64,000 nt of DNA from Candidatus Woesearchaeota archaeon. GTDB taxonomy: Archaea > Nanobdellota > Nanobdellia > SCGC-AAA011-G17 > UBA489. Below, in pieces: positions 9,157 to 16,800 of this stretch. The stretch is taken from the NCBI GenBank assembly GCA_018655015.1, contig JABIKK010000011.1:111736-175735 (forward strand), in the 5' to 3' direction. Every line of letters begins with the position of its first letter. Position 1 is the stretch's first letter. The position numbers and the translations under genes were made by a program. Below the pieces are notes generated by a model. The model had not been told where the DNA came from, made no database searches, and was given only the letters and a program-made list of their open reading frames with translations.

Positions 9157-9777
9157 CTAAGAGATATAACCTAATCCAGTTTTAGCAATAATCTCTTCTA
9201 CAAGAGGTTTTGCGCCTACTGAAAATTGTTTGTACATTTCTCCATCAATTCTCTCCCACTTGAGATGGGGCTTACGTCTAATACTGAAAATTGTTTCTTC
9301 GGGTTTGGGAAAAGTTTTTCCTGGAACTAATAGAATAGGTGTTTGTTTTTTGATTTGCCAATCCATACTAATCATACCTCTGTGGTTTATGATACCCATA
9401 AGGCTAAGTGAATGGGGTTCGCCTTCATATGTCCAAGTTGGAGCAGCTCTTAGTATTTCCTTTGTTTCATTCGTTATTGCTCTCGCTCTTCTGGAATAGT
9501 CTAAGCAAACTTCTGGATTGGGAGAATTATTTCCTTGTCTAAATCTTGGAAACCATGAATCTTTACCTACAAGTAAATTATCTAATTGTGCACCTATTAC
9601 CAATGTTCTATCTTCAGCTTCGTCAAGTGGTTGATCGGTATTATATAGAATTGTTAAAAATCCGTCTGTTTCAGAAGGAAGTTCTGTTAAATAAGTCCTA
9701 ATATCTTCTTGCGAGAATCCTTCTAGCTGTGCCATTGAGGCACTTTCCATAATTGCCATAACATCGTCTTCTAACAT
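9157..9777 (-). CDS. Hypothetical cytoplasmic protein (206 aa)
   Basis: Clean ORF with no motif I can assign. Confidence 0.35.
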   Translation of the reverse strand: MLEDDVMAIMESASMAQLEGFSQEDIRTYLTELPSETDGFLTILYNTDQPLDEAEDRTLVIGAQLDNLLVGKDSWFPRFRQGNNSPNPEVCLDYSRRARAITNETKEILRAAPTWTYEGEPHSLSLMGIINHRGMISMDWQIKKQTPILLVPGKTFPKPEETIFSIRRKPHLKWERIDGEMYKQFSVGAKPLVEEIIAKTGLGYIS

Positions 9778-9803
9778 TTTATAAATTTAAAAAATCGAAA
9801 AGA

Positions 9804-10184
9804 TTACTTCACAAAGATTGCATTAACTACGCCCTCTTGTCCAGGACGAGAAAGAATCTTTGCATTTCCTTTAGAGGTTTTAATGATTGTTCCCCTTGTA
9901 AGGATGTTTCTTCTAACGAAATGTCTATTAGCAGGGTTTTCTATAACTTGCTCAATTTTTACTTTAGAATATTTCTTTGTTTTTGGATCGAAAATATTTG
10001 CAGTAGTATCTGTGACTGAGATTGTCTTTGTTTTTCCGCCCCTTTTTCTCAGAGTCTTGATTAGTCTCTCTCCAACCCTTGTTAGTGTTGGGAGCCTTGC
10101 TAACTCTCTTAATCTCTTGGTTCTCATAGGAACATATCTGCCACCTGTGGGCTTCCTTTTTGAACGTGATTGTGCTGTTGCCAT
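9804..10184 (-). CDS. rps8e: 30S ribosomal protein S8e
   Basis: MATAQSRSKRKPTGGRYVPMRTKRLRELAR...TRGTIIKTSKGNAKILSRPGQEGVVNAIFVK has the S8e signature. Confidence 0.85.
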   Translation of the reverse strand: MATAQSRSKRKPTGGRYVPMRTKRLRELARLPTLTRVGERLIKTLRKRGGKTKTISVTDTTANIFDPKTKKYSKVKIEQVIENPANRHFVRRNILTRGTIIKTSKGNAKILSRPGQEGVVNAIFVK

Positions 10185-10291
10185 TGAATTCTATTTCTTC
10201 ATTTTCTATTTTTAAGACTTTCTTTTTAAGTTCCATAAGCTTTAAATAGTCTCCTTAGAGGTTTTGTATATTCATACTGGGGGTTAACACT

Positions 10292-10516
10292 ATGGAACAA
10301 AGCAGACCATTAGATTCATTAAATCAAAGCCGAGGTAAAAGAGTACTTATAGAGCTTAAGAACGGAAAGCAATTTGTAGGTATTTTACAAGCGTTTGATA
10401 TTCATATTAACATCGTTCTTGATGAAGTTGAAGAGTTCGAAAATGGAGAACTTAAGAGAAAATTAGGAACTACGTTTATTAGAGGAGACACAATAACAAT
10501 AATCTCCCCACAATAA
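10292..10516 (+). CDS. Sm-like archaeal protein (SmAP/LSm)
   Basis: Sm1/Sm2 motifs in PLDSLNQSRGKRVLIELKNGKQFVGILQAFDIHINIVLDEVEE...FIRGDTITII. It is followed 2 nt later by L37e, a conserved archaeal gene pair. Confidence 0.85.
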   Translation: MEQSRPLDSLNQSRGKRVLIELKNGKQFVGILQAFDIHINIVLDEVEEFENGELKRKLGTTFIRGDTITIISPQ

Positions 10517-10517
10517 T

Positions 10518-10766
10518 ATGTCAAAAGGAACCGCAGCAAAAGGATTAAAGAGAAATAAAGGAAGACTTCACATTAGATGTAGACGATGTGGTAGTGCTTC
10601 TTATCATAAGATTAAAAGTGTGTGTAGCAGCTGTGGTTATGGAAATAGTGCTAAGTTAAGAAGATATAACTGGCATAAGAAAACTGTTAGCAAACTTAGA
10701 ATTGTTTCTAAGATAAAGCAACATATGAATAAAAGAAAGAAGAGTGGCTTCAAGTTAGGTAAATAA
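10518..10766 (+). CDS. rpl37e: 50S ribosomal protein L37e
   Basis: C4 zinc ribbon RCRRCGSASYHKIKSVCSSCGY. The whole protein is very basic. Confidence 0.9.
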   Translation: MSKGTAAKGLKRNKGRLHIRCRRCGSASYHKIKSVCSSCGYGNSAKLRRYNWHKKTVSKLRIVSKIKQHMNKRKKSGFKLGK

Positions 10767-10822
10767 TCGCACTTACTTGGTTCTTAGTGAAAGCTATTGA
10801 ATAAGTCTTCATTTAATTTTTT

Positions 10823-11629
10823 ATGTTTGAATTAGATTGTGATATGGCTTATTTGATTGGAGCTTTAGTTGGAGACGGATATATTAGTGATCGTTGTAAG
10901 TCTAAGAAAGATCTTTCGAAAGATTACCGAATAAGTGTTGAGATTTCGGATCTAGACTATATGGAGAAAGTTTTATTCCCACTTTTTAAAAATATTATTT
11001 CGACTAGAAGCATTCCTAAACGAAGAAAGAGACAAGGTAAAAAAGAAAGTTCTTATTTCATACTTAGGAACAAGAATCTCTATCTTTTTCTTACTAAAGA
11101 AATTGGACTCATTGCAGGGAAGAAAGAAGGTCTTGTTGTACCAAAAAAGATTACTAATTCTAGTCGGCAAATCAAGAGGAGTTTTGTTGCAGGTTTGTTT
11201 GATACGGATGGAGGATTTAGGGGGAGGAGTTTGGGATTTACAATGAAATCCAAAGCCCTTAGAAATGAGATTATTCTTTTATTAAATGAGAGAGGAATAA
11301 GCTCTAAGGGGGATGAATGGGTTGCAAAGTATAATGGTTTGAGTTATTATGGTCTTAGAATTGCTAAAAGAGATATAGTTAATTTTTTAAAGCAATTTCC
11401 TTTGAGAAATCCTGAGAAACTCGAGAATATTAATCAAAGGTTTTTCAACTCATGTGGGAGTGCCGGAGTGGTCAAACGGGCTGGAGAGGACTCTAAGGAG
11501 AAATCGGCCAAGCTTAGGACTACTCAAAGTAAGAAACCCAGTGGCTTAGTGCCTACTAAGGTTCGAACCCTTACTCCCACACTTATTTTTATTTCTCTAG
11601 AAATTGTGGAGGTAAAAATATCTCTTTGA
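10823..11629 (+). CDS. Free-standing double-motif LAGLIDADG homing endonuclease (3' end of ORF uncertain)
   Basis: Two LAGLIDADG motifs: LIGALVGDGYIS and VAGLFDTDGGF. The last ~55 codons read through a tRNA-like sequence and look non-protein-like, so the true C-terminus is probably earlier. Confidence 0.7.
   Translation: MFELDCDMAYLIGALVGDGYISDRCKSKKDLSKDYRISVEISDLDYMEKVLFPLFKNIISTRSIPKRRKRQGKKESSYFILRNKNLYLFLTKEIGLIAGKKEGLVVPKKITNSSRQIKRSFVAGLFDTDGGFRGRSLGFTMKSKALRNEIILLLNERGISSKGDEWVAKYNGLSYYGLRIAKRDIVNFLKQFPLRNPEKLENINQRFFNSCGSAGVVKRAGEDSKEKSAKLRTTQSKKPSGLVPTKVRTLTPTLIFISLEIVEVKISL
11454..11580 (+). ncRNA. tRNA-like element: good acceptor stem, D-arm and T-arm but no canonical anticodon arm. 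Possibly an intron-containing class II tRNA or a tRNA pseudogene/remnant.
   Basis: GTGGGAG at the 5' end pairs perfectly with CTCCCAC at the 3' end. D-arm is CCG-GAGTGGTCAAA-CGG, T-arm is TAAGG-TTCGAAC-CCTTA, and a possible variable hairpin is GGC-TTAGT-GCC. The central ~55 nt contain duplicated AGGACT/CTTAG motifs and I could not fold a 5-bp anticodon stem. Confidence 0.4.
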
Positions 11630-12581
11630 CTTCTTGCATGTTTAATTGAAATTCGTAATCTGTAAGATTTTCACCAAAATAAGTCCTCATATTTGTGAAC
11701 ATCTCTCTGAAGTGCTCTCTACTTTTAGCGTATAGGGAAATTACAAGGTTATACTCTCCTGCGATCCTAGTGCAGTAGCCCACATAAGGATTATCTTGTG
11801 CAAAAAACCTTATTTTAGAAATCATTTCTTTATTCATTTTATCAATCTTTAGATTAATATAATATGATTCCAATCCAAATTTGTTTAAATCTAAAACAGC
11901 AGTATATCCAAAAATAACTTGAAATTTTTCTAATCTTTTTATTCTAAGACGAACAACATCCTCGCTAACAGATAATGTTTTGGCAATCTCTTTATTTTTT
12001 ATTCGGCAGTTTTCAGCTAGAGTGGAAATAATTTTTATATCTATATCGTCTAGTTTTATTTTTAATTTCTTTTTTTCACCAAAACTAATGTTTGGTCTGA
12101 TGCATGCTTGTTTTACGTTATGAATGATAATATCTTTACGATCAAACTTATATTCTGTAACATAAAGAGATAATTTATGGTCTTTTAGATTGTTACCCAT
12201 GTATTCAACTATTTCTGAAATCTTTTCTGCTAAATCTTTTGTGTTTTTGTATAGTAGTGTAATAACTATGTCTGCTGAACCGCATAATTCTGCAATCCAA
12301 TTTATGGAATTGTGATTTTTTAGGAATTCAATAATTTCTTTGAATTTTTTCTCATCTGAACGAGTTAGTTTGAAGAGTACTGTTCCTACACCTTCGCAAA
12401 AGAAGGACATATTTATTTTTGCAATTGTTCCTTTGATTATTCCTGCATCTTGTAATTTGTTGATCCTATATCTGACAGTTTCTCTAGTTAGATTACTTTT
12501 CTTTGCTAATGAACTGATAGAAGCTCTTGCGTTTTCATGTAATGCGTACAAGATCTTTCTATCAATGTTGTCAATCTCCAT
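11589..12581 (-). CDS. Tandem-duplicated Lrp/AsnC-family transcriptional regulator (two HTH plus RAM-like units in one chain)
   Basis: First unit: IDRKILYALHENARASISSLAKKSNLTRETVRYRINKLQDAGIIKG. Second unit: DDIDIKIISTLAENCRIKNKEIAKTLSVSEDVVRLRIKRLEKFQVIFG. Confidence 0.75.
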   Translation of the reverse strand: MEIDNIDRKILYALHENARASISSLAKKSNLTRETVRYRINKLQDAGIIKGTIAKINMSFFCEGVGTVLFKLTRSDEKKFKEIIEFLKNHNSINWIAELCGSADIVITLLYKNTKDLAEKISEIVEYMGNNLKDHKLSLYVTEYKFDRKDIIIHNVKQACIRPNISFGEKKKLKIKLDDIDIKIISTLAENCRIKNKEIAKTLSVSEDVVRLRIKRLEKFQVIFGYTAVLDLNKFGLESYYINLKIDKMNKEMISKIRFFAQDNPYVGYCTRIAGEYNLVISLYAKSREHFREMFTNMRTYFGENLTDYEFQLNMQEVKEIFLPPQFLEK

Positions 12582-12687
12582 TTTAGTTAATTATCTAGTA
12601 TTATATTTAAATTAATCGTTTTTTAGTTGATTATTAAGAGTAAATTATATAAGTCTTGAATAAAAGGACTACTCTAAGGTAATAAAA

Positions 12688-13038
12688 ATGGAAATTAGAA
12701 AAACAATGAATCCACTGGAGTTGAGTACACTGAAGTTTGCTTGGCCAGGTGGAAGGGAAGAAGAAATTGGGGTTGGTGATAATATTGTACCAGGTATTCT
12801 CAAGCAAGCTAACTCCAAAGGTTACTTTTCTTGGACTGATCCAGAAGATTATGATGAATATGAAGGAACTATTATTTCTATGGGATACTTCAGAGATTTT
12901 AGTGGGAAAGATTGGAATGAATGGGAAGATAAATTTGATGGGGGCGGGGCAGCCATTACATATCAGCAATTTCTAGATCTTGGGAGTCCTTTTTTCTTGG
13001 AAGAGGTTAGAACTTACACTTCACTGGGAAAGGATTAG
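12688..13038 (+). CDS. Hypothetical acidic protein (116 aa)
   Basis: ORF with an AT-rich, TATA-containing divergent intergenic region upstream. No motif recognised. Confidence 0.3.
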   Translation: MEIRKTMNPLELSTLKFAWPGGREEEIGVGDNIVPGILKQANSKGYFSWTDPEDYDEYEGTIISMGYFRDFSGKDWNEWEDKFDGGGAAITYQQFLDLGSPFFLEEVRTYTSLGKD

Positions 13039-13054
13039 CCCAAGTTTGTTTAAT

Positions 13055-13858
13055 TTAACACTCTTTATCAACTAATTTCTGTAGGAGAATTTTGTAGAAC
13101 TTTGAAACTGTCAATGCTATTAGAGTTATGACTATTAATTGTATTGATGAGAAATAAACTAACATCTGAGTGTATTCTTGTGTTAATGTAATTGCCAATA
13201 GCCAAAAGATTATTGTAGTTATTATGAATAATGGAATATACAATGGTATGAATTTGTAGAACTTTTTTATTGCTAAGTTATATGTCTGTACTAATGCTCG
13301 TTTTAGTGTTTGGTTGCCTAGTACTAAGTAATACATTGTTAGCAAGTAGAGTCCTATGAACGCAGAAATTATTATTCTAAATATGCTGTCATCAAAGGTG
13401 TTAAAAAAATCAGTTATTTGTTTTGGGAATGCTATTTGTGAAAATAAGATTAAAATGAATATCGATGGTATTGAAAGTCTTACTAAGTAATTCTTTATTG
13501 AACTTATTTTTTGTTCCTTAATTGTTCCCCAGAATAATCCTTGGAATGCTATCCAGATTACTAATAATACTAATGGAACTATTACATACGCGAATAATGT
13601 TGCTTCGTTTGTAACTGCATTAAGTGCTTCAATTACTGTTAGTGAGCTGTCTATTGTTGCTGGATTATTGACATCTACGGTGTTTAGGACCTGTTGTAGT
13701 TGTGGTTGAAACTCTTGAACTTTCCTTAAGTAATCTGCTAGTTTTAGTTTAACGAAGATTAAGAAGAATAATGAAGAGAAGAATAACATTAATTGTGCGA
13801 ATGCTAGTGTGAAGAAGTTTTTCTTGTAAACTTTGAATGTTTGGTTTAATAATTTCAT
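13055..13858 (-). CDS. Polytopic membrane protein (about 7 TM), last gene of the giant-protein operon
   Basis: Hydrophobic helices throughout. Its start lies 3 nt after the stop of the 1966-aa gene. Only one Cys, so it does not look like an archaeosortase. Confidence 0.4.
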   Translation of the reverse strand: MKLLNQTFKVYKKNFFTLAFAQLMLFFSSLFFLIFVKLKLADYLRKVQEFQPQLQQVLNTVDVNNPATIDSSLTVIEALNAVTNEATLFAYVIVPLVLLVIWIAFQGLFWGTIKEQKISSIKNYLVRLSIPSIFILILFSQIAFPKQITDFFNTFDDSIFRIIISAFIGLYLLTMYYLVLGNQTLKRALVQTYNLAIKKFYKFIPLYIPLFIITTIIFWLLAITLTQEYTQMLVYFSSIQLIVITLIALTVSKFYKILLQKLVDKEC

Positions 13859-13860
13859 TG

Positions 13861-16800
13861 TTAAAGGTTGATTGTTAATTTTTCACCTAGTAGTTTACTT
13901 GTGTCGATTTGATCTGTAACTACACTTTCTTTTGCACCCGCATCATCTAAGCCATAAACAAGAATCATTAAACCATAATCTCCGCTAGTCATTCCTTCAT
14001 TTTTCATTTCTGAGGGGGTTATTTCCATGGTAGTGCTTCCCGTATCTGCAGACCTCATAACAATGGCTTGACCATTTTTTTCAATTACTGCTTTTAATTC
14101 TAGGTTGCTAGGGTCAAAGAAAATAAATTTGTAGTCTACTTCTTTATCTCTCAGACGAAGCTCTCTGAAAATCGATTCAATCATTAGATTCTCACTCTGA
14201 GGGTAAGATCTTATTGCAATGACGTTATTTTGAGGATCATATCTTAGATTAAAAGTTATCCTCCCTGGAAAGGAATCATAAATGGAACATTCATTTTCTG
14301 CTCTCAAAAGCTTACAAGTTCCCCTTGCATAAACTATGCATTGAGGGTCTTCACAAAATCCTAAATTTTGATCAACATATTCTGCACATAAAGGATTATC
14401 TGAACAAAATGAAGCCTTGCTTTCTCCCGGATCTTCATTCATGGAAGAATGAGATAATGAAGGTGGTTGTGAAGGGTTGGTCTGTTGATTATTATTTGTG
14501 TCGCTACTAATTTGCTTATTTTCAGTAGATACTGCTAAAGTTCTGTATAAATCTGCAAGTCCAAGTCTGAGCTCTATCTGAACTTTGGGGTCCGCTAATC
14601 CATTGTTATCGATTACATCTATGTAAATGTTAATTGCTTTTTCATATTCATCAGTTGAGATTGCAGATTTAATTCTCTCTTTTGCATCTTTGATATCTTC
14701 TGTTGTTAAGTAAACGGATTTTAATCCAAGTTTTTTTACGTAATCATTAATTCTATCTACGGCCCCTTGCGTTGCATTAGGTAATGTTTTTGTAAAGTTG
14801 TTCCAATCTATATCTTTGTTTACTGAATATTCTGTAACTATGTTTTTTGCTGAAGGTAGGTGTAACCAACAGAATCCTAAATTTCTTCCTTCATTGGGCT
14901 TTGGCCCTTCCCAGCATTCTCCAACTTCTTTCCAATCTGCGTCATCTCCAGGAACGAATGTTGAACATACTCTTGTTATTCCTGTGTCCAATAGCCCTGA
15001 TGAAAATCCACCTGCAACAACAGCTCCAGTTTTTGTAGCAGCATTAGTGTAAGGTCCACTTAAACTTGAGCCTGAAGGATTACATTGTTCTGCAGTTTGT
15101 ATTTCAGCTTGACCTGCTTCTTTTTCCGCCATTTTTTGTGCAACCCAATTTGCTGCAAAGCCAGAAGTTGTCTTACCAAATCCACATTCTTCCCTTACAC
15201 CATATGTTGGACTGCTGTAAGCCATACATACTTGGTTGTAGCCTTCGGGGGCATTGAAGTCAATGTTTTCTGAACTAAATGCATCAGGAGTTAGTCTCTT
15301 ATTTCTTACTAACCAGGCTATTGGAAGTCCACTTTGACCATCGATTGACTGGTGCTTTAGATAAACTGAAAATGAGAGTGGTTCATTTGCTCCAGCATAC
15401 ATTCTGTAGTATACCTTGTATGTTGATTGTGGAGGGAATGGAATATCTGAGTAAGGTACTACATCCATTATTGCTGTGAATTGTGGAGGACTTTCTGGTT
15501 GCATTAATCTATCTGTGAATGATCCGACCCCTGGAACCTTGCCATATACTGCGGACTTACAAACTTCTGCGCCTATCTCGGGTAGAGCTCCACCAGAGAA
15601 TTGTGCGAAAGTGTTTTTTGCATAATCTTGAGTGAAGAATTTTAATCCGTTGATGGATTGGTCCATGCTTGCATCAAAGTCGGTATATTCTGATCCTTCA
15701 TTATCATGAATTTTATTTAATATTGTTCCAACTAATCCACTTTTAATATTGAATATTGCGATTGCTTCTTTCCAAAGGACATCACATATGTAATAACTTC
15801 TTAACATGTCACATATTCCAACAGACTCGTCATCAACTAAAGATCTTTTTAGACAATCAGAATATTCCATTAACACAGTTCTAATGTTTTGTAGACCTGC
15901 ATAAATTCCAGTGATACAAACGGGCATTACAACTTGTCCGCCATCAAATCCTATATCTGTTCCCGGTATACCCCAGTTATGTAATCCTAAAATTGTGCTT
16001 CCAATAATTCCTGTTTCTGCCACATTATCAACTTTCCAGGTTCCACCTAAATCAAATCTACTTGGTGGACAAAGAACTGGATCACATGCGTTGAATAATA
16101 ATTTACATTCTGTTGGACTGTAGAATTCTACACAGGAAGGCCCTTTTGTAATTGGATCGTTTCTAATTGCATAATCAATTCCATTACAAATTACTTGATC
16201 TCTGTTTGAAGCTTTTGCTCTGTTAATTGTGCCAACACATGATTCAACTTTCTTAAGATCTGCAGTATTTTTCCCTTCTTTGTTCCACTTTTCTGTTGTA
16301 GCGCTTAGACTATTTCCTCCAAATTCTGTGTCATCTGCTCTTATTTCCTCATTAGGGTTTATACGACCAAATATTCTTGGTTCAAGCATTCTCCCTCCAG
16401 AAGTGTAGTCTACCTCGGCGTAGTGTGTTGCATCAATAGTCATCCTATGGATTTTGCCTGCATTTGGCCCGTCAGTATAGTAAGTTACCTTGGGGATATG
16501 TTTTACTCTTTGTTCAACTGAAGTTGAGGAGAGGGTGTATGTTTCTCCATCTGGAGAAAGTAATGATGTTGCATCTGGTTCGTTGCTTCCAAAGAGAATT
16601 AGTCCTCCCTTAGGAGAAGGATAGGCATAATTTGTTCTAGAACGTGCTAATAAAACTGCTACATTTGCCTCTTCTTCTATTTTTTGTGGAGCCCAATCTG
16701 GATGTTTTATCTTTAATTCTCCGGTTTTTCTTTCAATCCACATTTCTTCTACGTTTTGTGAAAGTTGTGAATCCCCAGGATCTAATTTGAATTTTGCCAA

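Noticed and set aside
9964-10236. 90-aa ORF on the minus strand overlapping rps8e
   Set aside because: It lies fully inside or against the S8e gene in another frame. The product is Lys/Asn-rich, typical of AT-rich antisense noise.
11454-11580. tRNA-Sec or a split (trans-spliced) tRNA half
   Set aside because: The acceptor and T stems are the canonical 7/5 arrangement rather than the 9/4 of tRNA-Sec. The 5' and 3' ends pair with each other within one locus, so it is not a half-gene.
13055-13858. Archaeosortase/exosortase as the 7-TM last gene of the giant-protein operon
   Set aside because: Archaeosortases need a conserved active-site Cys and Arg in loops. This protein has a single Cys at the extreme C-terminus, and its partners have no PGF-CTERM motif.
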